Origin: Streptococcus mitis | GTDB taxonomy: Bacteria; Bacillota; Bacilli; Lactobacillales; Streptococcaceae | Assembly (NCBI GenBank): GCA_963515655.1 | Contig: CAUPZW010000008.1 | Coordinates: 5,019 to 69,018, forward strand | Length of the DNA: 64,000 nucleotides | Direction of reading: 5' to 3' | Shown here: one piece after another, positions 23,800 to 35,845 of the stretch | Layout of the letters: every line of letters begins with the position of its first letter | Numbering within the stretch: the stretch's first letter is position 1 | The notes under the pieces: model-generated | The model's database searches: none | Seen by the model: only the letters and a program-made list of their open reading frames with translations | Told to the model about the DNA's origin: nothing | Position numbers and translations under genes: made by a program

Positions 23800-24600
23800 T
23801 TAAGGTTTTAAAAAGAGTTTTCTAAAGGTTTCTTCTTTGTTTTTTAAGGAAGAGATGACGTTGATATCCAAATCGTGGTCAAAGCCGGCAATTTTTCCTT
23901 TAGAAGTGTACTGGTGGATATCGTAATCTAAGTCCGTATTAGGTTTGGTTTCGAAAAATCCAGTATTTGATCCATAGGAGGGAATCCAAACAGACGTAAA
24001 CTTGCCTGTATCAATACTGTGTTCTTCCATGAAATAGACACCAATGTAGATTCCGATATTTTTAGCACCTAGCGATTCTAGTTTTGCACGAAAGGCTTCA
24101 ACACCTTCGTTCATATTAGACATGGTTTTTTCTTCCACGTCTAGCCAATAGTAACTAGGGCTGTATGGTGAAGATGCGTTATAGAATACTTCAGCGGCTT
24201 TTTCCATTTCTTGGACATTTTTTCCAGCTAAATAAGCATAGACACCAACTGGGACATTTCGTTTTTGAAACTCCGTGATATGGGTTTTAAAGGCCTTATC
24301 TACCCCATTAACAAAGGCAGCATCGTTCTCTTTGGACGTTTGAGCGCCACTATGGACGCGAACAATGGCTCCAGAAATGTTTTGGGACAGAGTATCGTAA
24401 TTAATTTCCTCAGGACGCTGCCAACCAGAAACATCAATTACCGGTTTATCTAAGTTATGTAATGCCTGGGTTTTTATTTGAGTAATATTTGATTTTGTTT
24501 TTACAGGATGATCTTCATAATGGGGGCGATTTAGGATTAACATAAAAATCATAATCCCAAAAAAACCAAATAAAATAAGCGGATTAAATTTCTTTCTCAT
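23800..24600 (-). CDS. GH25 muramidase (lysozyme), N-terminally membrane-anchored
   Basis: It has an N-terminal TM segment and a GH25 catalytic core (VIDVSGWQ...IVRV...YWLDVEE...HQYTS). Confidence 0.8.
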   Translation of the reverse strand: MRKKFNPLILFGFFGIMIFMLILNRPHYEDHPVKTKSNITQIKTQALHNLDKPVIDVSGWQRPEEINYDTLSQNISGAIVRVHSGAQTSKENDAAFVNGVDKAFKTHITEFQKRNVPVGVYAYLAGKNVQEMEKAAEVFYNASSPYSPSYYWLDVEEKTMSNMNEGVEAFRAKLESLGAKNIGIYIGVYFMEEHSIDTGKFTSVWIPSYGSNTGFFETKPNTDLDYDIHQYTSKGKIAGFDHDLDINVISSLKNKEETFRKLFLKP

Positions 24601-24740
24601 ATTTCATCATTTTACCTTAAAAATCAAAAAAAATCAAAAAAAATACTCAAAAAATGGGTTAGGGAAGGGACTTTGGAGCATTTTTTCATTCAAGATCGCG
24701 GAATGATTTGAAATATGGTATAATAAAAGGGAATTTCTAG

Positions 24741-26135
<1,395 letters not shown>

Positions 26136-26144
26136 GAGCCTATC

Positions 26145-26690
26145 ATGGAATTTGAAGAAAAAACGCTTAGCCGAAAAGAAATCTATCAAGGACCAATATT
26201 TAAACTGGTTCAAGATCAGGTTGAATTACCAGAAGGCAAAGGAGTTGCCCAACGGGATTTGATTTTCCATAACGGAGCTGTCTGTGTTTTAGCAGTAACG
26301 GATGAGAAAAAACTTATCTTGGTCAAGCAGTATCGCAAAGCTATCGAGGCTGTCTCTTACGAAATTCCAGCTGGAAAACTGGAAGTAGGAGAAAATACTG
26401 ACCCTGTTGCAGCAGCTCTGCGTGAACTGGAGGAAGAAACATCCTATACAGGGAAATTAGAACTCTTGTACGATTTTTATTCAGCTATTGGCTTTTGTAA
26501 TGAGAAGTTAAAACTATACCTAGCCAGCGATTTGACAAAGGTGGAAAATCCGCGTCCGCAGGATGAGGATGAAACCTTGGAAGTCCTTGAAGTGAGCCTA
26601 GAAGAAGCTAAGGAATTAATCCAATCAGGTCATATTTGTGATGCCAAGACAATTATGGCTGTTCAATATTGGGAATTGCACAAAAAATAG
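26145..26690 (+). CDS. NUDIX hydrolase (ADP-ribose pyrophosphatase-like)
   Basis: It carries the Nudix box [25 protein letters not shown]. Confidence 0.85.
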   Translation: MEFEEKTLSRKEIYQGPIFKLVQDQVELPEGKGVAQRDLIFHNGAVCVLAVTDEKKLILVKQYRKAIEAVSYEIPAGKLEVGENTDPVAAALRELEEETSYTGKLELLYDFYSAIGFCNEKLKLYLASDLTKVENPRPQDEDETLEVLEVSLEEAKELIQSGHICDAKTIMAVQYWELHKK

Positions 26691-26701
26691 AGGAGGTTAG
26701 T

Positions 26702-27013
26702 ATGGGTAAACCTTTATTAACGGATGAAATGATTGAAAGAGCTAATAGAGGCGAAAAAATTTCGGGTCCTCCTTTACTAGATGATGAGGAAACCAAGATT
26801 TTACCAACCTCTTCTTCCTATTTTGGTTATGCCAATCCAAAGGATCATGGTTTTAGCCAGGAAACCTTGAAGATTCAGGTCGAACCGTCTATTCATAAAA
26901 GCCGTCGCATTGAAAATACCAAGAGAAATATCTTCAATTCTAAATTGAATAAAATCTTATTTGCAGTCATCTTTCTCTTGATTTTGCTTGTCTTAGCAAT
27001 GAAACTTTTGTAA
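26702..27013 (+). CDS. Hypothetical C-terminally membrane-anchored protein
   Basis: An AGGAGG RBS precedes the ATG at 26702. It has a C-terminal TM segment ([19 protein letters not shown]). Confidence 0.5.
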   Translation: MGKPLLTDEMIERANRGEKISGPPLLDDEETKILPTSSSYFGYANPKDHGFSQETLKIQVEPSIHKSRRIENTKRNIFNSKLNKILFAVIFLLILLVLAMKLL

Positions 27014-27029
27014 TAGAAAAGGAATTGAA

Positions 27030-27722
27030 ATGAAAATAGGAATTATAGCTGCTATGCCAGAAGAACTGGCTTATCTGGTCCAGCATTTAGACAATGCCCA
27101 AGAGCAAATTGTTTTGGGGAATACCTATCATACAGGAACCATTGCTTCGCATGAAGTCGTTCTCGTAGAGAGTGGAATTGGTAAAGTCATGTCTGCTATG
27201 AGTGTGGCGATTTTGGCTGATCATTTCCAAGTGGATGCTTTGATTAACACAGGATCTGCTGGGGCAGTAGCAGAGGGTATTTCTGTTGGAGATGTTGTGA
27301 TTGCTGACAAATTAGCCTATCATGACGTGGATGTTACAGCTTTTGGATATGCTTATGGACAAATGGCGCAACAACCGCTTTATTTCGAATCAGATAAAAC
27401 TTTTGTTGCTAAAATCCAAGAAAGTTTATCTCGATTGGACCAAAAATGGCATCTTGGATTGATTGCTACAGGAGATAGTTTTGTTGCAGGAAATGATAAG
27501 ATAGAAGCGATTAAGTCCCATTTCCCAGATGTTTTGGCTGTTGAGATGGAGGGGGCAGCTATTGCTCAGGCAGCGCATGCCCTTAATCTTCCAGTCTTAG
27601 TCATCCGAGCTATGAGTGATAATGCCAACCATGAAGCAAACATCTCTTTTGATGAGTTTATTATCGAAGCTGGACGTCGCTCTGCCCAAGTCTTATTAGC
27701 CTTTTTGAAGGCTTTAGATTAA
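27030..27722 (+). CDS. mtnN: 5'-methylthioadenosine/S-adenosylhomocysteine nucleosidase
   Basis: It has the Pfs family pattern (MKIGIIAAMPEE, GIGKV, VEMEGAAIAQ). Confidence 0.93.
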   Translation: MKIGIIAAMPEELAYLVQHLDNAQEQIVLGNTYHTGTIASHEVVLVESGIGKVMSAMSVAILADHFQVDALINTGSAGAVAEGISVGDVVIADKLAYHDVDVTAFGYAYGQMAQQPLYFESDKTFVAKIQESLSRLDQKWHLGLIATGDSFVAGNDKIEAIKSHFPDVLAVEMEGAAIAQAAHALNLPVLVIRAMSDNANHEANISFDEFIIEAGRRSAQVLLAFLKALD

Positions 27723-27798
27723 GCGAAAATTTGACAGTTTTTCTAGCTTATGATAAGATTTAAGTAAAGAAAAGCTAGAAAACGTTTCAGAGGATATT

Positions 27799-28290
27799 AT
27801 GAGTATTGAAATGACCGTCAGTGAGATTGCAGAGGTCTTAGGATTATCTCGCCAAGCAATCAATAACCGTGTCAAAGAATTACCAGAAGAAGACACAGAT
27901 AAAAATGACAAAGGGGTAACAGTAGTTACTAGAAGCGGCTTGATTAAGCTAGAAGAAATCTATAAAAAAACGATTTTTGAAGATGAGCCTGTCAGTGAAG
28001 ATGTCAAGCAACGTGAACTGATGGAGATTCTAGTTGATGAGAAGAATGCAGAAATTCTCCGTCTTTATGAACAATTAAAAGCCAAGGATCGTCAGCTATC
28101 AGAAAAAGATGAGCAGATGCGCATCAAAGACCGTCAGATTGCTGAGAAAGACAAACAACTAGATCAGCAGCAACAATTGACTCTTCAAGCCATGAAGGAT
28201 CAAGAAAATCTCAAGCTAGAGCTGGACCAAGCAAAAGAAGAAGTCCAATCCACTAAGAAAGGCTTTTTTGCTCGTTTATTTGGAGGATAA
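27799..28290 (+). CDS. HTH-containing coiled-coil protein, function unknown
   Basis: It has an N-terminal HTH (TVSEIAEVLGLSRQAINNRVK) followed by a K/E/Q-rich heptad region. Confidence 0.55.
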   Translation: MSIEMTVSEIAEVLGLSRQAINNRVKELPEEDTDKNDKGVTVVTRSGLIKLEEIYKKTIFEDEPVSEDVKQRELMEILVDEKNAEILRLYEQLKAKDRQLSEKDEQMRIKDRQIAEKDKQLDQQQQLTLQAMKDQENLKLELDQAKEEVQSTKKGFFARLFGG

Positions 28291-28397
28291 TCAAGGAGCT
28301 GTTTAGGTTAAATGCTAACCTGATGGCTTCTTTTATTTGTGAATAGTATAGTTGCTCAAAATGAATAAGAAGATAGACAGTAGAGGAGAAGGATAGA

Positions 28398-28988
28398 ATG
28401 GAACGATTAGAAGATTACATTGCTTTTGACTTAGAATTTAATCAGCACGAAGGACAAACACACTTGATTCAAGTATCAGCAGTGCGTTTTAGAGATGGTC
28501 AGGAAATCGACGCCTATGATTCCTATGTCCATACTAGTGTGCCTCTAAAGAGTTTTATCAATGGATTGACAGGGATTACAGCTGAGACCTTAAAAGATGC
28601 TCCACCAGTGGAGAAAGTTATCAAAGATTTCCAAGAGTTTGTGGGTTCTTTACCCATGGTTGGATACAATGCCGCTAAAAGTGATTTGCCTATTCTAGCA
28701 GAGCATGGTTTAGACTACAGCCAGCAGTACAAGGTAGATCTGTATGATGAAGCTTTTGAACGTCGGAGTTCGGATTTACACGGTATTTCTAATCTCAAGT
28801 TGCAAACTGTTGCTTCATTTCTTGGATTTCAAGGTCAGTCTCATAATAGTTTAGAGGATGCACGGATGACAGCGCGTGTTTACGAGTCCTTCCTAGAGTC
28901 GGATCAAGCTAGAGAATTGTTAGAGACAGAAAGTAGTCTTTCAAACAATCCTTTTGGAGGCTTGGACTTGTCTCAATTATTTGACTAG
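28398..28988 (+). CDS. DEDD-family 3'-5' exonuclease (DnaQ/epsilon-like)
   Basis: It has ExoI FDLEFN, ExoII (GYNAAKSDLPIL) and ExoIII (HNSLEDARM) motifs. Confidence 0.8.
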   Translation: MERLEDYIAFDLEFNQHEGQTHLIQVSAVRFRDGQEIDAYDSYVHTSVPLKSFINGLTGITAETLKDAPPVEKVIKDFQEFVGSLPMVGYNAAKSDLPILAEHGLDYSQQYKVDLYDEAFERRSSDLHGISNLKLQTVASFLGFQGQSHNSLEDARMTARVYESFLESDQARELLETESSLSNNPFGGLDLSQLFD

Positions 28989-28996
28989 GAGTGCCT

Positions 28997-30760
28997 ATGA
29001 AACCTGAAAAACCTAAAAATCTAGGTTTTAAGCAGATATACTTTAATCTAGATAAAATACTTTTTCTATTTTTCTTGACTTTCATGATGATTGAGTTTGT
29101 CTGGTTACCATCAAATTCTTGGATTGCTGGACTTTTGCTCCGTCAGACAGGTTATCTCTTTCTATCCTACAACAATATTTTTGCCATTATAACGGGTTCT
29201 CCCTTTGTTAGTCTTGCTTTATTTATTCTGGTAATCGTTAATTTACTGATCGCCTATTACCAGATAGGACTTCTCTTTATTGGTGCTCGGCATTTATTAT
29301 GTCATGAAAAGAGGACCTTGCTGGAGTACAGTCGCAAGGTCTTTCGACAAAGTTTCTTGTTTATGAAGCAAGTCACGCTTGCCAAGATAACCTTTATCTT
29401 CTTTTATGTCATGATGCTCTTTCCAGTGATTCGAAAGATTTTAAAGATTTACTACTTAAATAAAATTGTCATTCCGGACTTTATCGTTGATTATGTGGAA
29501 GACAAGTATTGGCTAGTAGGTATAGTGGTTACTATTCTAGCTTTACTTCTATTTTATATTTCAGTGCGTTTCATGTTTGCCCTACCTCAGCTTTTATTTG
29601 AGAAGAAGACAGTCAAAGAAGCAGTCAGATACAGTCTAGAGAAGACAAGAAAGCACTCCTGGTTTTATATTTGGAACTTGCTTTGGATTGTCGTCAAAAC
29701 CTACCTATTTTTCATTCTTTTATTGATTCCAATATTAGCAAGTCAGGCACTGATGGATGGTCTGACACATAAGGAATCTCTTGTTCTGGGAATTATCAAT
29801 TTTGTCTTGATTAAGAATTTTCATTATATAGCCTTGACTTACTTTCTTATTAAGTTTGTTTCCTTCTTAACGGGAGAAGAACTAGAAATTACACCAAGGA
29901 GAAAGAAAGACCACTGGATGAGATGGGGAGTGATGGGCTGTGCTTGTATCTTTTTCGCTCTTGAGGGTTATGTTTATTTAGAAGCTCCAGTAGCCAATAA
30001 ACCTTTAATCATTTCTCACAGGGGAGTATCTAATAAGAATGGTGTGCAAAATACCGTCCAATCACTAGAAAAAACCGCTCAGTTATCTCCAGATTTCGTT
30101 GAGACAGATGTTCAGGAAACAAAAGATGGTCAGTTTGTCATGATGCATGATGCCAATATTAAGAATCTGACAGGAGTTAATGCTAATCCACAGGATTTAA
30201 CTTTGAAAGAATTAACCAAACTTGATATTTCAGAAAATGGTTATCATAGCAAGGTGTCCAGTTTTGATGACTATCTCAATAAAGCCAATGAATTACATCA
30301 AAAACTTCTTATTGAGATTAAAACCAGTCGAAAAGATAGTCCAGATATGATGAAACGGTTTATGGAAAAATATGGAACGGTTCTTAAGCAGAATGGTCAC
30401 CAAATGCAATCCTTGGATTATCATGTGATTGACCAGGTTTTAGCCTACGATACTCAAATTCCAGTCTTTTTCATCCTACCTTATAATAGTATCTTTCCAA
30501 GAACCAAGGCTACAGGTTACACCATGGAGTATTCAACTTTAGATGAAAATTTTGTCAACAAGCTTTGGAATACCGATCAGAAATTGTACGTTTGGACCAT
30601 CAATAGTTCAGAGTCCTTTGATAAATCAGTTCATTTGGGAGCAGATGGCATGATAACGGATGACTTGGAACTGATTCAAGACCAGGTTACCATTGCCCAA
30701 GAAGACCCAGAGTATACTGAATTGCTTTTCAAACAGGCTATGGAATTCTTTAATTTTTAG
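28997..30760 (+). CDS. Membrane-domain glycerophosphodiester phosphodiesterase
   Basis: It has an N-terminal polytopic membrane domain and a C-terminal GDPD domain (ISHRG...ETDVQETKDGQFVMMHD). An AGGAG RBS favours the ATG at 28997 over the GTG at 28991. Confidence 0.8.
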   Translation: MKPEKPKNLGFKQIYFNLDKILFLFFLTFMMIEFVWLPSNSWIAGLLLRQTGYLFLSYNNIFAIITGSPFVSLALFILVIVNLLIAYYQIGLLFIGARHLLCHEKRTLLEYSRKVFRQSFLFMKQVTLAKITFIFFYVMMLFPVIRKILKIYYLNKIVIPDFIVDYVEDKYWLVGIVVTILALLLFYISVRFMFALPQLLFEKKTVKEAVRYSLEKTRKHSWFYIWNLLWIVVKTYLFFILLLIPILASQALMDGLTHKESLVLGIINFVLIKNFHYIALTYFLIKFVSFLTGEELEITPRRKKDHWMRWGVMGCACIFFALEGYVYLEAPVANKPLIISHRGVSNKNGVQNTVQSLEKTAQLSPDFVETDVQETKDGQFVMMHDANIKNLTGVNANPQDLTLKELTKLDISENGYHSKVSSFDDYLNKANELHQKLLIEIKTSRKDSPDMMKRFMEKYGTVLKQNGHQMQSLDYHVIDQVLAYDTQIPVFFILPYNSIFPRTKATGYTMEYSTLDENFVNKLWNTDQKLYVWTINSSESFDKSVHLGADGMITDDLELIQDQVTIAQEDPEYTELLFKQAMEFFNF

Positions 30761-31180
30761 TAAGCAAAAAGAGGTTGAGCAAAAAACCACCTCTAAAATA
30801 GCCAAAAAACGACAAAATAGAAACTAATATCTATGAAGTGGTTGAGATAGACTATTTATGTTAGATGTAAAAGGCTTACTAGCTTCTGCATGAAGAAGGA
30901 TTTCGAATATAAGGTAAATGAAAAATGGCTCTTGACCCCCTTTGGGGCAGATGAGAGAGTATTGTTGGCGCGTGCAAAGTTTATGTTAGAGACAAATAAG
31001 TTATCACAACATAGCTAGGTTTCAATTTTATGAGTATGAATCTCATAAAATTGGTCAAGAATCTACCCTCTAAAACATCAATTATACAAAAACACAGTCT
31101 CTCTTTGGCTTGATTGTGGTCAAGGCAAAGAGAGACTGTGTAGTTTTATTTTTGAGTTAATTTTTTCTTAAATCAAGTGC

Positions 31181-31612
31181 TTACTGAGGATTGCTTTTAT
31201 TTTCCGAAGTTGGGATATTGGACTGTTTTTCATTATCAGCGGCAGGTTTACTTGGAGTAGGAGTAGAGGAATCCTGAGTTGATGCTTTCTGTTCTTCTTT
31301 TTTCTCTTCCTTGACGCTAGCTTTTGGTGTTTCCTCTTGCTGTGTTTTTTCTTGAGAAGTGTTATTTTCCTTATTGGGACTAGTGTTTTCCTGAGGGGAT
31401 TCCTTTTGAATTTCTTTGACAATTGTTGTCGTTTGGCTTGTCGTAGGTTCTTTTTTAGTATTTTTGTTATTATCCAAGGCGTTCATGATCGTGATACTCG
31501 CGGTAATCAAGCCAAGGATACTACCGATAGTAGCAACGGTTTTTTGAAAGACCGTAAAGCCTTTTTTGATGTGTTCTGTTTTTGGTTTTGAGGTTCTACG
31601 ATAATTAGACAT
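31181..31612 (-). CDS. Single-pass membrane protein with low-complexity T/Q/E/K-rich ectodomain
   Basis: A GGAGA RBS precedes it. It has a basic N-terminus, one TM segment (VATIGSILGLITASITIM) and a disordered tail. A convergent hairpin terminator lies at about 31097-31140. Confidence 0.5.
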   Translation of the reverse strand: MSNYRRTSKPKTEHIKKGFTVFQKTVATIGSILGLITASITIMNALDNNKNTKKEPTTSQTTTIVKEIQKESPQENTSPNKENNTSQEKTQQEETPKASVKEEKKEEQKASTQDSSTPTPSKPAADNEKQSNIPTSENKSNPQ

Positions 31613-31749
31613 GTATTCTCTCCTTTAATTAAAATTTATTATACCTCATTTCTTTAAAAAAATCTTAAAAAAAGAGGAATTGCCCTTTCTTGTCGCAAGC
31701 TCCGTTTCATGATACAATAGAAGGAGTGATTTTAGAAAGCGTGAGAAAC

Positions 31750-32892
31750 ATGATTTACTTTGATAATTCAGCGACGACCAAGCCTTATCCTGAAGCCCTT
31801 GAAACTTATATGCAGGTAGCTTCAAAAATTTTAGGAAATCCATCTAGTCTCCATCGTTTGGGAGACCAGGCAACACGAATCTTAGATGCTTCGCGTCAAC
31901 AGATTGCGGATTTAATCGGTAAGAAAAGCGATGAAATCTTCTTTACCTCTGGTGGAACAGAAGGGGATAACTGGGTCATCAAGGGTGTGGCCTTTGAAAA
32001 AGCTCAATTTGGCAAGCACATCATCGTATCAGCCATTGAACATCCGGCGGTCAAAGAATCAGCCCTCTGGTTGAAATCTCAAGGTTTTGAGGTGGATTTT
32101 GCTCCGGTTAATGAGGAAGGATTTGTGGATGTTGAGGCGCTAGCAGGTTTGATACGACCTGATACAATCCTAATTTCTGTCATGGCTGTGAACAATGAAA
32201 TCGGCTCTATCCAACCTATTGAGGCTATTTCAGAACTCTTGGCAGACAAGCCGACTATTTCCTTCCACGTTGATGCGGTTCAGGCGCTTGCCAAGATTCC
32301 AACTGAAAAGTATCTGACAGAACGAGTGGATTTTGCGACTTTCTCTAGTCACAAGTTCCACGGAGTCCGTGGTGTTGGTTTTGTCTATATCAAGTCTGGC
32401 AAGAAGATTACGCCTCTTTTAACTGGTGGTGGTCAGGAGCGAGATTATCGTTCGACAACTGAAAATGTAGCAGGGATTGCAGCGACAGCCAAGGCTCTTC
32501 GTTTGTCTATGGAAAAGCTGAATATCTTTACTAGTAAGACAGGACAGATGAAGGCAGTGATTCGCCAAGCTCTTCTCGACTATCCAGATATTTTTGTCTT
32601 TTCAGATGAGGAAGACTTTGCACCTCATATTTTGACTTTTGGAATTAAGGGTGTTCGTGGTGAGGTCATTGTTCACGCCTTTGAAGACTATGATATTTTT
32701 ATTTCTACTACTTCAGCTTGTTCGTCCAAGGCAGGTAAGCCTGCAGGTACTTTGATTGCCATGGGAGTAGATAAGGACAAGGCCCAGTCAGCTGTGCGTC
32801 TTAGCCTAGACCTTGAAAATGATATGAGTCAGGTCGAGCAGTTTTTGACCAAGCTAAAATTAATTTACAATCAAACTAGAAAAGTAAGATAG
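31750..32892 (+). CDS. Class V aminotransferase / cysteine desulfurase (NifS/IscS type)
   Basis: It has the [10 protein letters not shown] start, the SSHKFHG PLP-lysine motif and an active-site SACSS Cys. It is paired with thiI. Confidence 0.88.
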   Translation: MIYFDNSATTKPYPEALETYMQVASKILGNPSSLHRLGDQATRILDASRQQIADLIGKKSDEIFFTSGGTEGDNWVIKGVAFEKAQFGKHIIVSAIEHPAVKESALWLKSQGFEVDFAPVNEEGFVDVEALAGLIRPDTILISVMAVNNEIGSIQPIEAISELLADKPTISFHVDAVQALAKIPTEKYLTERVDFATFSSHKFHGVRGVGFVYIKSGKKITPLLTGGGQERDYRSTTENVAGIAATAKALRLSMEKLNIFTSKTGQMKAVIRQALLDYPDIFVFSDEEDFAPHILTFGIKGVRGEVIVHAFEDYDIFISTTSACSSKAGKPAGTLIAMGVDKDKAQSAVRLSLDLENDMSQVEQFLTKLKLIYNQTRKVR

Positions 32893-32900
32893 GAGCATTT

Positions 32901-34115
32901 ATGCAGTATTCAGAAATTATGATTCGCTATGGAGAATTGTCAACCAAGCACAAAAATCGTATGCGTTTCATCAATAAACTTCGTAATAATATTTCAGACG
33001 TTTTGTCTATCTATCCCCAAGTTAAGGTAACCGCAGATCGCGACCGTGCCCACGCTTACCTCAATGGAGCTGATTACACCGCAGTAGCAGAATCCCTCAA
33101 ACAAGTATTTGGAATTCAAAACTTCTCTCCCGTTTATAAAGTCGAAAAGTCTGTGGAAGTTCTTAAGTCTGCTGTCCAAGAGATTATGAAAGAAACCTAC
33201 AAGGAAGGGATGACCTTTAAAATCACTGGTAAGCGTAGCGACCACACCTTTGAATTGGATAGTCGTGAACTCAATCAAACTCTTGGTAGTGCTGTTTTCA
33301 AGGCTATTCCAAACGTGAAAGCTCAGATGAAAAATCCAGATATTAATCTTCAGGTTGAGATTCGTGAGGAAGCGGCTTATATTTCCTATGAAACCTTTCG
33401 TGGAGCAGGAGGATTACCTGTGGGAAGTTCTGGTAAAGGCATGCTCATGTTGTCAGGAGGAATTGATTCACCTGTGGCAGGTTATCTAGCTCTTAAACGA
33501 GGGGTAGATATTGAGGCCGTTCACTTTGCTAGCCCACCTTACACGAGTCCTGGCGCCCTTAAAAAAGCCCACGATTTAACTCGTAAATTGACCAAGTTTG
33601 GGGGCAATATCCAGTTTATCGAGGTGCCTTTCACAGAGGTTCAAGAGGAAATCAAGGCTAAAGCACCAGAAGCCTACCTCATGACCTTGACACGCCGTTT
33701 TATGATGCGGATTACCGATCGTATTCGTGAGGTACGAAATGGTTTAGTTATCATCAATGGGGAAAGTCTTGGCCAAGTAGCTAGCCAGACCCTGGAAAGC
33801 ATGCAGACTATCAACGCTGTGACTAGCACTCCAGTCATTCGTCCCGTGGTTACTATGGATAAGTTGGAAATCATTGACATCGCCCAAGCAATCGATACCT
33901 TTGATATTTCTATCCAGCCTTTTGAAGACTGCTGTACGATTTTTGCACCTGACCGTCCTAAGACCAATCCTAAGATTAAAAATGCAGAGCAGTATGAAAA
34001 ACGGATGGATGTTAAGGGCTTAGTTGAGCGAGCAGTAGCTGGAATCATGATTACTGAAATTACACCTCAAGTTGAAAAAGATGAGGTGGATGACTTGATT
34101 GATAATTTGCTCTAA
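32901..34115 (+). CDS. thiI: tRNA 4-thiouridine synthase
   Basis: It has a THUMP domain and the PP-loop [10 protein letters not shown]. Confidence 0.95.
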   Translation: MQYSEIMIRYGELSTKHKNRMRFINKLRNNISDVLSIYPQVKVTADRDRAHAYLNGADYTAVAESLKQVFGIQNFSPVYKVEKSVEVLKSAVQEIMKETYKEGMTFKITGKRSDHTFELDSRELNQTLGSAVFKAIPNVKAQMKNPDINLQVEIREEAAYISYETFRGAGGLPVGSSGKGMLMLSGGIDSPVAGYLALKRGVDIEAVHFASPPYTSPGALKKAHDLTRKLTKFGGNIQFIEVPFTEVQEEIKAKAPEAYLMTLTRRFMMRITDRIREVRNGLVIINGESLGQVASQTLESMQTINAVTSTPVIRPVVTMDKLEIIDIAQAIDTFDISIQPFEDCCTIFAPDRPKTNPKIKNAEQYEKRMDVKGLVERAVAGIMITEITPQVEKDEVDDLIDNLL

Positions 34116-34249
34116 TCAGAAAATCCAGAAGAATTTAGAAAAATAAATGAAAAAGTTAGTTTTTAATCCAAAATGGAAGCAAAGCTAACTTTTTTTCTAT
34201 AATTGTGATATAATGAGATAAAATTTTGAATATAGAGAGTTTTCTGACA

Positions 34250-35074
34250 ATGAATCAATCCTACTTTTATTTAAAAATGAAAGAACACAAACTCAAGGTT
34301 CCTTACACTGGTAAGGAGCGCCGTGTACGTGTTCTTCTTCCTAAAGATTATGAGAAAGACACGGATCGTTCTTATCCTGTTGTTTACTTTCATGACGGGC
34401 AAAATGTCTTTTACAGTAAAGAATCTTTCATTGGTCACTCGTGGAAGATTATCCCAGCCATCAAACGAAATCCCGATATCAGTCGCATGATTGTCGTTGC
34501 CATTGACAATGATGGCATGGGGCGGATGAATGAGTATGCGGCTTGGAAATTCCAAGAATCTCCTATCCCAGGGCAGCAATTTGGCGGTAAAGGTGTGGAG
34601 TACGCCGAGTTTGTCATGGAGGTGGTCAAGCCTTTTATCGATGAGACCTACCGTACAAAAGCTGACCGCCAGCATACGGCTATGATTGGTTCTTCGCTAG
34701 GAGGCAATATTACCCAGTTTATCGGACTAGAATACCAAGACCAAATTGGTTGTTTAGGTGTTTTTTCATCTGCAAACTGGCTTCACCAAGACGCCTTTAA
34801 TCGCTATATCGATCGGAAGAAACTGTCTCCTGAACAGCGCATATTCATCTATGTAGGAACAGAAGAAGCAGATGATACGGACAAGACCCTGATGGCTGGT
34901 AATATCAAGCAAGCCTATATCGACTCGTCGCTTCTCTATTACCATGATTTGATAGCAGGGGGAGTTCATCTGGATAATCTTATCTTGAAAGTTCAGTCTG
35001 GTGCCATCCATAGTGAAATACCTTGGTCAGAAAATCTACCCGATTGTTTGAGATTTTTTGCAGAAAACTGGTAA
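34250..35074 (+). CDS. Esterase-D/Fes-type alpha/beta hydrolase (putative esterase family)
   Basis: It has the GSSLGG nucleophile elbow and a VYFHDGQN motif. The start is uncertain among 34226 TTG, 34250 ATG and 34277 ATG. Confidence 0.7.
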   Translation: MNQSYFYLKMKEHKLKVPYTGKERRVRVLLPKDYEKDTDRSYPVVYFHDGQNVFYSKESFIGHSWKIIPAIKRNPDISRMIVVAIDNDGMGRMNEYAAWKFQESPIPGQQFGGKGVEYAEFVMEVVKPFIDETYRTKADRQHTAMIGSSLGGNITQFIGLEYQDQIGCLGVFSSANWLHQDAFNRYIDRKKLSPEQRIFIYVGTEEADDTDKTLMAGNIKQAYIDSSLLYYHDLIAGGVHLDNLILKVQSGAIHSEIPWSENLPDCLRFFAENW

Positions 35075-35092
35075 AGTAAGAAAGGGGAAAAT

Positions 35093-35833
35093 ATGCATAT
35101 TGAATATCTTAGCCACTGGAGTGGCAATCTTAACCGTGAAATGTACCTTAACCGTTATGGCCATGCTGGGATTCCAGTTGTGGTCTTTGCTTCATCAGGT
35201 GGTAGTCACAATGAATACTATGATTTTGGCATGATTGATGCCTGTGCTTCTTTTATCGAGGAAGGCCGTGTTCAGTTCTTTACCCTATCCAGTGTGGATA
35301 GTGAGAGCTGGCTGGCCACTTGGAAAAATGGTCACGACCAAGCAGAGATGCACCGTGCCTATGAACGCTATGTGATTGAAGAGGCTATTCCTTTTATCAA
35401 GCATAAGACAGGTTGGTTTGATGGTATGGTGACGACAGGTTGCTCCATGGGCGCCTACCATGCTGTCAACTTTTTCCTCCAACATCCAGACGTCTTTACC
35501 AAAGTAATTGCTCTCAGTGGTGTTTACGATGTACGTTTCTTTGTCGGCGATTACTACAATGACGATGCCATTTACCAAAACTCGCCAGTAGATTATATCT
35601 GGAATCAGAACGACGGCTGGTTTATCGATCGTTACCGTCAGGCAGAGATTGTGCTGTGTACGGGTCTTGGTGCCTGGGAACAAGATGGTCTACCATCTTT
35701 CTACAAGCTTAAAGAAGCTTTTGACCAGAAACAAATTCCAGCCTGGTTTGCTGAATGGGGACATGATGTCGCTCACGACTGGGAATGGTGGCGCAAACAA
35801 ATGCCTTATTTCCTTGGCAATCTCTATTTATAA
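35093..35833 (+). CDS. Second esterase-family alpha/beta hydrolase
   Basis: It has the GCSMGAYHA nucleophile elbow, lies 18 nt after the previous stop and has a GGGGAA RBS. Confidence 0.7.
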   Translation: MHIEYLSHWSGNLNREMYLNRYGHAGIPVVVFASSGGSHNEYYDFGMIDACASFIEEGRVQFFTLSSVDSESWLATWKNGHDQAEMHRAYERYVIEEAIPFIKHKTGWFDGMVTTGCSMGAYHAVNFFLQHPDVFTKVIALSGVYDVRFFVGDYYNDDAIYQNSPVDYIWNQNDGWFIDRYRQAEIVLCTGLGAWEQDGLPSFYKLKEAFDQKQIPAWFAEWGHDVAHDWEWWRKQMPYFLGNLYL

Positions 35834-35845
35834 AAGGAGTTACCT

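Noticed and set aside
24619-24655. The A-rich tandem AAAATCAAAAAAAATCAAAAAAAATACTCAAAAAATG, considered as a repeat or regulatory element.
   Set aside because: It is a low-complexity A-tract in a divergent intergenic region and is too short and simple to interpret.
34271-35683. Minus-strand ORFs of 134 aa (34271-34675) and 132 aa (35285-35683).
   Set aside because: Both are antisense shadows of the two esterase genes, which carry clear catalytic motifs on the plus strand.
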